Below are positions 13,673-26,800 of a stretch of 64,000 nucleotides of DNA, piece by piece. Source of the DNA: Paramoeba atlantica (lineage: Eukaryota; Protista; Discosea); NCBI GenBank assembly GCA_977017575.1, contig CDRNVI010000143.1, positions 310,001 through 374,000 of the forward strand, in the 5' to 3' direction. The position numbers and the translations under genes are program-made. The notes under the pieces are model-generated. The model worked only from the letters and a program-made list of their open reading frames with translations. It did not search any database and had not been told where the DNA came from. The stretch's first letter is position 1. Every line of letters begins with the position of its first letter.

Positions 13673-16600
13673 CTTTTAAATCTCAACAAAACAGTGTGTT
13701 CTTCCTTTGAACAAACCCCCTCCCAATTAAAGACCCCCCCCCCCTCCAAAAAAAAAACAAGGTGCGCCACCACAAGAAAAAAGGTACATAATTCCCACAA
13801 AAACACCTCCATTCACCATTTTATCGAAGGAAAAAACCCAAACCGTCCCCACAAAGCAAACCTCATTTGTATTAACAAAAAACAGAAAGAGAAAAACCAT
13901 AGTGTGTCTGTGGAAACTTTTTGGATCTTAAAAAAAAAGAGAAACCAAAAAATCAAAAAAAAAAAAAAAAATCAAAAGAAAAATCAAAAGAAAAATCAAA
14001 AGAAAAATCAAAAGAAAAACCTGCACATCAATTAAAACCCTCTTCTAGAAAAACACCAACCCCACAAAAAACCACACCCCATACACAAGACCAACACCAA
14101 CATCAAAAAAAAAATATAGAACAGAGTAAAAAAAAAAAGAAAAAGAACAAAAAGGGAGAAAAAAAAAAAAGAAAAGAAAAAAAAGAACAAAAAGGACGAA
14201 ACGAAAGAAAGACGAAAAAAAAAAAAAAAGAAAACCTTTTTGTCATTTTTGATTGTTTGGTTCAAACAAACAATAAACCTTGAAAAATGTGTGTACACAA
14301 GACAACACACAACCAACTTACACAAAAACCAATGCTCAACCAATACACAAAAACACTGATGTACCAACTACCAACAAAGTGACCAAAAACAATTAACAAT
14401 AATAATATTTAACTCCAACAAAACCAAACAAACAAAACAAAACAACACCAATTAAATACACATCACCCCTCCAAACAAAAAACAGAAGACAAATTAACCA
14501 ACTAAAAAAATATTATTACAACAAAACGGAAATATAAATATTACAAAAGAACAAAAAGAACCAACCAACCATTATATGTGGCTGGCTCCCTCCAGAAATC
14601 CCCAACCCCCATCTTTGTCTTGATGATTCCACACACTCTCTCTTTTTTTGTGTTTTTCTGTGAAAAATTGGTTAAAATTACGAACACAACATAACCACAA
14701 CACAAAAAAACAAAATCAACAACAACAACAATAACAATTACAATAACAAATATCAACAACAAATAACAACAAATAACAACAAATAACAACAACAAATAAC
14801 AACAAATAACAACAAATAACAACAAGAACAACAAGAATACCAATAACAAATAACAAATAACAAATAACAACAAATAACAACACAATCAAAATATCATCAC
14901 CACCACAACAGCAATACCATTAACAAAAACAAAAACAAGCACAAAATAAAAGAAGGAAAAAAGAGAAAAACCTGGCGGTGGCACAATAGTCGGGATTGTT
15001 GGGAATGGGGTAATATAAAAAAAAGGCCTGGAGGGAGTCTTATAACAAAGAAACAAAAATGCCCCATTCTATTATTAACAATTTAACAATTAACAATGAT
15101 AATAAAAGCAATAACAAACAAATAACAACAACAATCATAACAATACAATAATGACAATAATGAATATAAAAAATAGTAACAACAACATAACAATTGCAAT
15201 CACAATAACAAACCAACAATCATAATAACAACAATAACAACAAACAACAACAAACAACAAACAATAAACAACAACAAACAAGAAAAACAATCACAATCAT
15301 AAACAACAGCAACAACAACTGTAACTTAACTACAATCACAACAATCACAATCACAACAAACAAAACAAAAGTAACACTGAATGACACAACAACAACAAAC
15401 AAAACGACAAACAAACCAACAAACCAACAAACCAACAAACCAACAAACCAACAACAAACCAAAAACCAACACAACAGAATAATCACATCATACTAAAAAA
15501 GATAAACAAATCCACACAATCAAATAACTAACAAACCAAACACAAAACACTGAAACAACAAAACACAAAATAAAGGGAAACCTGTGCCACTCATATTTTC
15601 AAAAAGGCTTGTGATTGGAAGGAGGTCTTTGTAATGAAGGAAACAAAAAAGATGTCCTCGCACTAGCACTAGTTAAGAGAAGGGGGAGGAGGAAGAATCA
15701 GATTTTAGTATCAGAGAATTTTAATTAATTAAATACTAATAATTAACACAATAACAAAAACACTCTTCCAATAATAACTAGATGAGAGAAAAAAATAAAC
15801 ATCTAAAAAATAAATTATTGCACCTCCCTAACAACCCCCTAACCCTGCTGGTGGGCACACACATATTATTATATTATCCTAACTAATCAAAACCAACCAA
15901 CCAAACCAATCGCCACAAAAAAGAAAAGAGCAAAAACAAATACCAAAAATACCAAAAGCAAAAAATAAAACAAATAATAAAAAAACAAGTTCAACAAGAA
16001 CAAATTAACAAGAACACAAAACCTTCTTTTAAAATGGACATCAATCATTTACAACGATTTCGTATTCCCCTCAATATGGACGGGACACTTCTTTCAATGA
16101 ATACACCAATCTTGGTGATCTAAATTCTTTTCATTCTTTTTGTCTGTTTTCTTCTTGATGAACTTTTGGAGTGGAATCTGGGGATTCATGTCTTTTTTTC
16201 AATTTGAGAATTTGGCTTTGAGAGACAACAAACTGTTTTTTGTACAAATTAATAAATTTTTCACACACCCTTCCTTCCTTCCTTCCTTCCCTTCCTCTTC
16301 TCAAAAAACAAAACAAAACAAAAACACAAAAACAACATTAACACACACACACCCCCCATTTTTAAAACACAAAGATACAAATACAAAAAAAATAAACAAC
16401 AAAACACACCAAACACAGACAGAAAAAATAATCCATGCAAAAAAGTAACCTTCTCAGTGTGTTGCAAAAAATCTTCTTGTGTGTTGTGTGTGTAGTATAA
16501 CAATACATACAGGGTCCGATACATGGTATACCTTCTGTCGAGAAAGTCACATTTTTTTCGAGAAAGAAGACATTTGATTTCATTATGATAGGACATACCA

Positions 16601-17875
16601 CTTAAAGAAGAGGAGAGAGATCCGATCCAATATCACTGTCACCAATCCAAGAAACAAATATTTCAAGAGACAAAGAAGGTGTCAAGGAACCCTCCAAAAG
16701 AAGAAAGCTAAGAAGAAAGAGCTTTTACTCCTCAAAAAAATGATAAGAAACAGAGGAATAGGGCGCAGCAGTGAGAGTGGGGAGAGAGAGAAGGGAGGAG
16801 AGAGGGTCTAATCACACACACCAACAACACCAAACATGGATTTTTTGGGAAAGGAGAGAGAGAGAGAGAGCAGAAACATATAATCAATGGTAAAGTTCTT
16901 TGTGAATAACCAACATTGTCAAAAGAGAAGTATCCACCAAACATTACACCATCATCACCAAAACACGCTCGAAGAAAGGCCTCTCCTCAGAACACACACA
17001 CAAGATCGTCGTCTCAAGAGGGCTAAAAAGAGAAGAAAAGAGATCATCCACCACAAACATCACTCTCTCTATTGGGTGTCTCTCTGGTGATCTTCTCTCC
17101 CCCTTTTCACCCACTGCCCCTCTACTTTTGATTGTTGTGTTCCCGAATATTTGCTCTTTTATGTGGGTGAAACAAAACACCACCCTTTTCCCCCCACTTT
17201 TATGTTTTGTTCCTTTGAAAACTGTGTGAAGGAAAGGGAAGAGAAAGAAAGAGGGGAAAGAAAGAGAGAGAGAGAGAGAAAGGGGGAAAAAATGGTCAGG
17301 AGTGAGAGAAGAGAAGTGTGTTTGAGAAAAAAAAAAGGGAGGAAGAGAGTACACAAACCACCTCTTTTCGCATTCTTTGATTTTTATCTCCCTTCATCAA
17401 AGAGAGAGAGAGGTTCCTTTTCCCTTCTCCTCTCTCCTCTGTGTGTTAAAAGATGAGGTGAGAGAGAGAAGGGGGCGGAGGGGGTGTGAGGAGAAGAACA
17501 AACCCTCACACAACACAAAAAAACACAAAACACACACCACCACAAAACTGCATGATGGTGGTTGGTGAGATTGGCAAAACAAACAAAACAAATAACACAA
17601 AACAAAACAAAAACAAACAAAACAAAAACAAACAAACAAAAACAAACAGAAAGAAGAGAGCGCTCTCTTCTCCTCTCGCTCACCACAAAAACAACAAAAC
17701 ACAAAAAAAACAGAAACAAACGAAAAAAAAAGTAGAGCGCTAAAAAATAACGCGCTATTTTTAGTCAAGGGCTTCGATTTAGGTTTTCGCTGAACCTTTC
17801 ACTGAATTTGCAACTCGCCCCGAGCTGTTCTCTCTTTCTTTTGTATTTTTGTTATTTTCGTTTCTTCTCTTGTGA

Positions 17876-18370
<495 letters not shown>

Positions 18371-18900
18371 AAAAAGCTTGTATAAAAAAAATATAAATTG
18401 AAACTTTAACAAAAATCTTCTTTCTTTTTGAGACACACAACACACTACTTTTCTTTACCCCAGTGTGTAGTTGGGGGGTGAAAGATACTTTTTTTTTCTT
18501 CTTCCCAACACAATCAGTGTATGTGTTGAAGAAGGACCCACACACATAATAAGAAAAAGATATTGGGAGGGAGGTGGTGTTTTATTGAGACGACAATATT
18601 AACATAAAAACCACAGACCAATATGTTGGACCCAAAAAACCTGAAAAACAGTGCCAGAAAAAAGAAGAACAACAAGAAAGAAAAAAAGAAAGAAAAAAAG
18701 AAAGAAAAAAAGAAAAAAAAAACCAATGATGAACAATTTTTTTAGAATCCAAGAAAAGACACACCACCAAAGATATTTTGCTTCAAAAAAAAAACGTGGA
18801 TATTTCTTTTAACACCAAAACAACACACACACAACACACACAACACCTCCAATCCCCCCGACTGACTGGTGGATCTTCTTTTTTTTTTTTGTGGATTCTT

Positions 18901-18947
18901 CATTCTCTCTGGGGTACTAATTCGAAAAATCAGACCCAGAGAGTATG
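18901..18947. repeat. Short hairpin repeat family, copy 1
   Basis: CATTCTCTCTGGG...ACCCAGAGAGTATG inverted arms with an ~19-nt loop. Confidence 0.8.
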
Positions 18948-19079
18948 AAAATTATCACGAAATAATCCTCTTTTGTGTTGTTTGGTCTCTCTTCTCTTTG
19001 CCCTCCTTATCCAACTTTGATTGTGTGGCAACTTCTCTCTTTTTCGTTTGTGATTTTTCGAATCTTTTGAACAAAAAAA

Positions 19080-19829
19080 AATGAAAAAAAGAAAGAAAAC
19101 AGAAAGGAAAAAAAAAGAAAGAAAAAAAAAAGAAAAGGGAAAGGAAAGGGAAAAGAAAAAAAAAAAGAGAAAAAGAAACAAAAAAATAAATAAAAACAAA
19201 AGAAAAAAAAGAAAAAAAAAAGAAAAAAAAGAAAAAGAAAAGAAAAAAAAAAGAAAAGAAAAAAAAAAGAAAAGAAAAAAAGAAAAGGAAAACAAAAAAA
19301 GAAAAAAGAAAGAAAAAAGAAAAAAAGAGAAAAAAAGAAAAGATAAAAGAAACAAAGAGAAGAAAAAAAGAAAAAAAGAAAGAAAAAAGAAAAAGAAAAA
19401 AGGAAAAGGAAAAAAAAGGAAAGGAAGAGGGAAAAGAGAAAGAGAAAAAAGAGAACCAACAATTTTCTTTTTCTTTTCGCTTTGATCAAGAAAAGAAAGG
19501 AGAAAGAGGAGGAAAAGGAAAAAAAACAAAAAAAAAACAAAAAAACAAAAAAGAAAAGAAAACAAAATAAAAAAACAAAAAAACAAAAAAACAAAAAAAA
19601 GAAAAGAAAAGAAAAGAAAAGAACAATAAACAAAAACAAACAAAAACAAAAAAAGGAAAAAAAAAGAAAAAAAAGGAAAAAAAAGGAAAAAAAAGGAAAA
19701 AAAAGGAAAAAAAAAGAAAAAGAAAGGAAAAAAAAAAGAAAAAAAAGGAAAAGGAAAAAAGAAAAAAAAGAAAGAAAAGAAAAAAAAGAAAAATAAAGAA
19801 GAAAAGAAAGAAAAAAGAGAAAAAAAAGA

Positions 19830-19860
<31 letters not shown>

Positions 19861-20720
19861 AAGAAAAAAAAAAGAAAAAAAAGGAAAAGGAAAAAAGAAA
19901 AAAAAGAAAGAAAAGAAAAAAAGAAAAACAAAGACAGAAAAAAAAAGAAAAAAAAGAAAAAAAAGAAAAAAAAGAAAAGAGAAAAAAGAAAAAAAAAAGA
20001 AAAAAAAGAAAAAAAAGAAAAAAAAGAAAAAAGAAAAAAGAAAAAAAAAAGAAAAAAAAGAAAAGAAAAAAACTGTGAAGAAAAAGGATCTTTTTTGATA
20101 CGTGATTTCACTCTTTTCTAATTCAACGACTTTGCTGTTTTAAAGGAAAGAAAGAGAAGGAAAGAAAAGAAAAGAGAAGGAGAAAGAGGGGAAAGAGGAG
20201 AAAAGAGAAGAGGGGGGGAGAAAGATTAAAAAGAGGAAAGATAAAAGATAAAGAAGACGAAAAACAAAAGATAAAAGAAAAAAAGAAAAAAAGAAAAAAC
20301 AAAAGAAAAAAAAACAAAGAAAAAAAAGAAAAAAAAGAAAAAAAACAAAAGAAAAAAAGAAAAAAAAACCAATGAAGAAAAAAGGACCATTTTTTAATAC
20401 GTGAATTACACTCTCTTCAATTAAACAACTTTCCTATGTTAAGGAAAAAAAGAAAGAGAAAAGAAAGAGAAAAGAAAGAGAAAACGAAAAAGGGAGAAAA
20501 AGAGAAGAGAGGGGAAAGATTAAAAAGAGGAAAAGATAAAGAAGAAAAAACAAAAGAAAAATCGGAAAAAAAACAAAAAAAAAACAAAAAAAAACAAAAA
20601 CAAAAAGAAAAAAAAAGAAAAAAAAAAGAAAAGAAAAGAAAAGAAAAGAAAAAGAAAAAGAGAAAAAAAGAAAAGAAAAGAAAAGAAGAAAAAAAAGAGA
20701 AAGAAAAAAGAATAAACCTC
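19080..20720 (+). repeat. Polypurine (A/G) low-complexity tract with an internal ~300-bp tandem duplication
   Basis: Almost only A and G on the + strand; 20071-20360 resembles 20371-20700. Confidence 0.85.
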
Positions 20721-20744
20721 AAGAACATGATTTAACTCCACCCA

Positions 20745-21241
20745 CCTCTTCCCAACCTTCCCAACCTCCCCCTCCTTCCCTCCTTTCCCAACCTTTCCCT
20801 CCTACCATCCCTACCTTCTTTCTTCTTCCCTCCTCCTTCCCTCCTCCTTCCCTCCTCCTTCCCTCCTCCCTTCCTCTTCCTTTCCCTCTTCCTTTCCTTC
20901 CCCTTCCCTCCTTCTTCCCTCCTTCTCTCCTTCTTCCTCTTTCCCTTTTTTTAGTTCTTTTTCTCTTTCTTTTTTCTTTTCTTTTTCTCTTTCCTCTTTT
21001 CTTCTCTCTCCTTTCGCTCTTTCCTCTCTCTCACCATTCCCAAGGAAAAAGGGAAAGGGGCGCAATTGCAAAGGTTTTTCAGGGCATTGAAAAAAAAAAT
21101 TCTCATAAAAATTTCCTTGTAAAATATTTTTTCAACGCTGGTTTATTTTAGCACCAAAAAAAAAGATTTTAGGGTTCATAATTTTTCTGGCCTCATTGGT
21201 TTTGTTTTGCCTTTTCTCTTTCTCTTCTCTCTCTTCTCTTT

Positions 21242-21272
<31 letters not shown>

Positions 21273-21790
21273 CTCTCTCTTTTTTCTTTTCTCTCTCTTT
21301 TTTCTTTTTTCTCTCTTTTTTTCTTTTTTCTCTCTTTTTTTCTTTTTTCTCTCTTTTTTTCTTTTTTCTTTCCTCTTTCTCGAACTTTTTTGCCCTTTAT
21401 GAATGGGACCGGAATGGGTTCTCTCTTTATTTCTTTTATTTCATTGACTTTTCTGTTTTTTCTTCTCTTTTTCACTTTTATCTCTTCTCTTTTTTTTCAC
21501 TTTTTCACTTTCTCACTTTTTCTCTTTTTTTTGTTCCTCTTTTTCTTGTTCCCCTTTTTCTTGTTCCCCTTTCTTCCCTTTTTTGATAGGGTTTTCTCTC
21601 TTTTCTTTTTTCCCTTTCCCCCCTTTTTTCTTTTTCTCTTCTTTTCTTTTCTTTTTGTTGATTTTTCTCCTTTTGTTTTTGATTTCTTCTTCACAGTTTC
21701 TCATTTTTCTCTTTCTTCTCTTTCTATTTTCTCTTTCTCTTCTCTCTCTTTCCCCCCCTTCCCTTTCTTTTCCTTTTTCTTTTTTGAAAA
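20745..21790 (+). repeat. Polypyrimidine (C/T) low-complexity tract
   Basis: Mostly C and T on the + strand, switching abruptly from the preceding purine tract. Confidence 0.8.
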
Positions 21791-21875
21791 AATAAGACAG
21801 TCTTACAGATAAGTGAATCTTCAAAAAAAAAAAGAAGAGATAAAAGAGGTGTTTTTTTATTTGGGAAAGATGCTG

Positions 21876-21920
21876 TATTCTCTGGGTTCGGATTTTCACA
21901 AATTAGCACCCAGAGAGTAT
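21876..21920. repeat. Short hairpin repeat family, copy 2
   Basis: TATTCTCTGGGT...ACCCAGAGAGTAT. Confidence 0.8.
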
Positions 21921-22131
21921 CAAGATCTCCCCCACCCCCAACCATCTATCTGACACATTCTTTTTGACGAAAAAAGAAAGGAGAAACGTTTTTCTTGATA
22001 AAAAAAGAGCACAAAAAAAAAGAAGTTTGGTTCCATTGAAGAGATTTTGTTATTTATTTTCGTCTTCTCTCCTTTGGAGGAGGAGAATTGAAAAACTTCT
22101 TTTTTGAACCATGTGGTGGGGAAGAAGAACG

Positions 22132-23043
22132 TCAAGTTCCTTTTCTCTTATTTCTAAACATTTTGTCTTTCTCTTCTTCTTCTTTTGGTCCAGTCGCCAA
22201 CCTCTCTGTGATTTCTTCCAAACGTTTCTTGAGAATAATTTCTGTTTCCATCATCTTTTTTGACTTCTTTTCTTTCGCTTCAAGATTACAAAGTCTTCTT
22301 TCGATGTTTCGTCGTTGGTTTTGAAGCTTTCTCGATTGCCCAAATGATCTTGGTTTCCCACAATCTTTCTCTTCTTTCTCTTCTTCCTCTTCTTCCTCTT
22401 CTTCCTCTTCTTCCTCAGAGGATTGGATTTCTTCAATCTCCTCTTCCTCTTGTTTGTTTCCGACAATGTCCTTTTGACTTTTCAAATCAACAAGGTTCTC
22501 TCGAACTTGGGTTTTGTTTTTGGTCAACTGTTTCTTTCTTCGTTGGAGAGCCACAATCTTTTCTTCAAGAACATCAATCTGATCTGCCAGTTTCTTGTCA
22601 CGTTTACTGAGCATTTCAATCTCCTTCTCTCTCTTCTGTTGTTCCTTGAGTCTTTTCTGAGGGTTCTCAGAAACTTCATCCCCCACTTTCTCAACCTTCT
22701 TCTCTTCATCATCACCCACTCGATTTTGGACCTTTTGGATCTCCTTTTCAGTTTCTTCTTCGACTTGACTCTCCACTGCTTTTGCTGTCTCATTCTTTTT
22801 TGGGAGAAGAAACAAAGCGTCTTCCAAGTCTTGGTCACGTTTCACAAAGACAACATCACACTCATCATCAAGATAGAACACTCGAACTGCAGTTGAAGTT
22901 CCGTACACATCCTGGATCTTCCTTCGGAGACTTTGAAAGTCTTGAGCTTGAACAGAACACACTCTTCCATTCTCAGTGTTTTGGACTTCCCACCACTCTT
23001 CTTCTCTTTCGACAATCGACATCAACTGAACTCTCATCACCAT
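22132..23043 (-). CDS. PB1-domain protein with coiled-coil and acidic C-terminal region (303 aa)
   Basis: Intact ORF; OPCA motif YLDDECDVVFVKRDQDLEDAL; heptad-rich middle region; poly-Glu tract. Confidence 0.75.
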   Translation of the reverse strand: MVMRVQLMSIVEREEEWWEVQNTENGRVCSVQAQDFQSLRRKIQDVYGTSTAVRVFYLDDECDVVFVKRDQDLEDALFLLPKKNETAKAVESQVEEETEKEIQKVQNRVGDDEEKKVEKVGDEVSENPQKRLKEQQKREKEIEMLSKRDKKLADQIDVLEEKIVALQRRKKQLTKNKTQVRENLVDLKSQKDIVGNKQEEEEIEEIQSSEEEEEEEEEEEEEKEEKDCGKPRSFGQSRKLQNQRRNIERRLCNLEAKEKKSKKMMETEIILKKRLEEITERLATGPKEEEEKDKMFRNKRKGT

Positions 23044-23686
23044 ATTTTGATTGATTGATTGTTGTTTTTCTGTTTCAAGTTATCCAGAAAAAGAAATGTT
23101 TTGAATTAAAAACAAAACCTGAGGGTGTGGTTGATTGTGTTTGTTGTCGTTCACGAGGGAATGAGAGGGGGGGGGGGTGTGGCGAGAAGGAACACCAATC
23201 AAAATTGAACAAAAAAAAACAAAAAAAAATCACTGAAAGAACAACCAAAAACACACACACAGAAAAAAAAAAAAGAAAAAAAGCGCTGATAGGACCTGAA
23301 ATAGAGGTCCATCATATTCGGACCCAAAATAGAGGTCCGTTTTTCTTTTTTTGTTTTTTGTGTTTTTTTGTTCGTTTGTTTTTTTTTTTGGTTTTCCTCA
23401 GTCTTTCTTTTTCCTCTTTCTCTTTTCTTCTGTCTTTTCTTATCTTTCTTTTTGTAGGTTGTTAATTTTTTTTCCTTCTCTTTCTTTGTTTTTTTTCTTT
23501 ATTTTTTTCTTTCTTTTTTTGAAATTCCACCACTTTTTCTCTCTTTCCATTGAGGTTTTTTCTCTTTTCTCTTTTCTCTTTTCTTTTTTCTCTTTTCTTT
23601 CTTTTCTCTCATCTTTCTTTTCTCTTTCTCTTTTCTTTTTATTAATTTGGATTGATATTAAAAGAAGAAAAAAAAGAAGAGAAAGT

Positions 23687-23806
23687 GTCTTCGGTCATAC
23701 CCAGTTGAAAGCACCCGATCCCATCAGAACTCGGAAGTTAAGCAGCTGTGGGCTCGGTTAGTAGAATGGTGGGTGACCACATTCGAATCCCGAGTGCTGA
23801 AGACCT
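23687..23806 (+). rRNA. 5S: 5S rRNA
   Basis: GTCTTCGG.../...CTGAAGAC terminal stem, CCGATCCCATCAGAACTCGGAAGTTAAGC motif, box C GTAGAATGGTGGG; T-run terminator follows. Confidence 0.96.
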
Positions 23807-23827
23807 TCTCTTTTCTTTTTTTTTCCT

Positions 23828-23830
<3 letters not shown>

Positions 23831-23868
<38 letters not shown>

Positions 23869-26800
23869 CTTTCAATGAAAGAGATTTTTATTCGAAATAG
23901 ATGGTTGTAAGAGAAGGGAATGGTTGCACATTCGGCAGAATATCTCACCCAGTGAGAGGAGGAACTGCAGAAAAAGGGGGTAGTACATGTGGAAAGAAGA
24001 GGGGGGAATGGAAATGTCATTTGGATTGAGAGATGATGAGAAGCACAGAGAGTGATGGGTCAAAAGGGGGTTGCTGGGTTTTAGATTTTCCTGTATGCTC
24101 ATCATGTGGTTTGCCATTGCTTTCATTAGTGCAGCTAAATCTTCTTCTTTGCTGTTCTTAAGAAGAGGGGGAGGGGGTTGGCATCCAGGACCTGGTTGTT
24201 TTGGAGGACAATTGAGGCGAGGGATCGGAGGAGTGCACTAATGTCAGGGGATATTCCATCACCTGAGGATGAAGATGCTGGAAGGAAGATGACTTCACCT
24301 TGGAGATCGGAAAGAGTTATTTGTTTAAGGGTCCGTTTCTCCTCAGGGGTGTCTCTGCCCCTTCCTGCATTAAAGTCTGTTTCAGTCAGACATCTGTCCA
24401 CATATTCTCTGTGTTTCATGATCCTGGCATGGTGTGCAGCAGGTGAGAGGGTGTCGAGTATGGGGGGTCAGAGTGGGTTTTGGTGGGTGTTTGGATCACA
24501 CAGCGAAAGTGGGGGGTTTTGTGGGTTGACACAACTCGGACATCAATACACAGATCCTGGTTGCCTTGCCACTCGCAGATTGTAAGATCAGGTTGCTTGT
24601 GTGACTTCCCGATTGGCCAGTAGGCTCCATCTCAGATTGTTGTTTTTCCTGCCCAGCTGGCAATGTTCTTGAGTTCATCACGGAGAGCATGGTGTCTTCT
24701 TGTGTGGTTCCTCTTCCACGACTGGTGCAATCTGAGAGGTGGAGGGAGGATGCAGCACAGAGTTCTTTTTCACAGAATCCACACTTGACAGTCCCAAGTT
24801 TGCAGAGAGCCCCAAGGTGTGGGTCAACTATGTCAAGCCTACATCGGTAGGCTGAGCGAAAATCTTCAGCATTTAAGGCTCGATATGGCTTTGGCCCAGA
24901 GGTGTCCTTGTCAGGGTAGGCTGTCATCCACAAGTGGGTGGTGGGGCCAACCTCATTCTCACGGATTGCACGGCAGAGGTTTTTGTCTTGTGTTGGGTCC
25001 ATGATCTTCTTTTTGACATCCTGAAGTTCACAGGAGGTGAACTTCTTCTGTGGTTTGTAGTTTTCTCCAGTGTCCATTGAGTCAGATGGTGGCTCTGTCA
25101 ATCGAGTTAGGAGCTCATGGACAGAGGTACCACTTGGCAGTTTCCACTCGCTCAAGATGAAGCTTTCAAAATGGTCATATGCTTGGTGGAGGGCCTGGCG
25201 CTGGGGTGAGTCACTCTTCCAGAAGTCTTCAAAGAGGTTGATAAGTTCAGGTTTGAACTCAGAGCAGGATCGGTAGACTGAGATCCAGGAGCCAAGGAAG
25301 GCTGCTTGGTGGGTGTTCTGAGAGTAGCTCAAGCCACCACCACCTTTTGACTTTGGAAGGCCTGCAGCTTCTACTCGAGAGAGATGGAGTTCTTTGTTTG
25401 GATGCAGGTGGGGGACTTGGAGGAGGTTGAGGAGGTAATTGATGTTTGTTGTAGTGGTTTGCTTGATGAAGTTTTGGAAAGGGGTTAAAGAGAGAGGTGT
25501 TGTGCGACAGATGTATGTTAGTTTGGGTGTGATGGTTTTAACAAAAAGCTCAAGACTTTCATGGGGGTTGGAGAACATTATTAAACAGTGGTCTTGTGAT
25601 GCTTGTTGGTATTCTTGAGCAAGGGTGTGAAGCCACTTGGAAATTTGAGTGTTCAGCCTGATGGGTGACCCTAGAACTGTGATTACTTCCGCCTTCCCAA
25701 TGCCAAGATTTTTGAGGTCATTGCTCCTGGGCGCTTCGGGAGAGAAACAGACCATTTTGCCCCTTTCTGTGCCAAGTTTGAGGTTGGCATTTGGGAGGAC
25801 ACTCTGGATCTGAGTGGTGATTTCTGCAATGGCAACCAGGCTCCCACAAACAAATATATCATCGACAAAGAGGAGAAGAAGAAGTGCATTCGGTGGAGCA
25901 TCAACCTTCTGAAAGATTGGATTGAGGATTCCATGAAATCCCAGACAAAAGAAAATTGTCCCGAGGGGATCTCCTTGCTGGACACCCTCCTCCATGGTGA
26001 GGGTGTGGTTCCGGTCATGAGAGAGTGAGGGGTGTTGCCGGAGAATAGAAGGTGTAGAGGTATGGGAGTAATACAGGGGCCAGCTGGACTGTGCTCTCAA
26101 AGATGGTTTTTCTTGAGATGGAATTGAAGGCATTAACAATGTCCAGTTTCGCGGCATAATGTTGTGGGTGGAGGTGGAGATAGGCTGTGATATTGCTTTG
26201 TGGACCATTTTTGCACCACTTGGCAAGCATACACCATACTGATGGGACAATTTCTCAGGAATTCCCTCGTGTTGGACTTCAAGAACAAGTGCAATCGCTG
26301 CCCACCTCTTGAGAACTTCAGCAACACCAATTGGACAGATCCCTTTGTCCCCTTTTGCCAGAGGAATGAAGAGAGAGGTTGCCATGATGTTGTGTATGGT
26401 TTCATTGAGTTTTTGGTTGGTAATTAAGACAGTCAATTCTTTGAGGGTTGAGCGGAGTTCTTGGTCTGTGCATAGGAGTGTGACAAACTCATAAGACATT
26501 CCTGAGAGCCCTGGTGTGCGGCCTTTTGGAAGTCTCCAAAGGGCCAGATCAAGTGAGTCAAAGGACTGAAACTCATCTTGTTCAAGGATTGCTGGTTTCC
26601 AGTCAGGAATTTCGGCTCGATCTGGTGGAGTCCACGCCTGCTCAGATCTTGGGTAGAGGTTCTTCACAGTTTCACGATTTTCTGGGACTGAGAGATCCCT
26701 GAATCCACTCTTGGATTGAAGCTTCCTTGCAGCTTTGGAGAGATGTCCTTTTCTGACCTCTTCAATAATCTGGTCTGCCTTGGTTTTCTTGGTGGACTTC

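Noticed and set aside
13930-15460. Short tandem repeats (AAAATCAAAAGA, AACAACAAAT, ACAAACCA)
   Set aside because: Ordinary slippage microsatellites in A/C-rich DNA.
18930-21899. Long Phe/Leu/Ser-rich and Lys/Arg/Glu-rich ORFs (also near 13000, 28500-29300, 47900-50100 and 60500-61060)
   Set aside because: They are translations of A/G or C/T low-complexity tracts that lack stop codons by composition; no domain signal.
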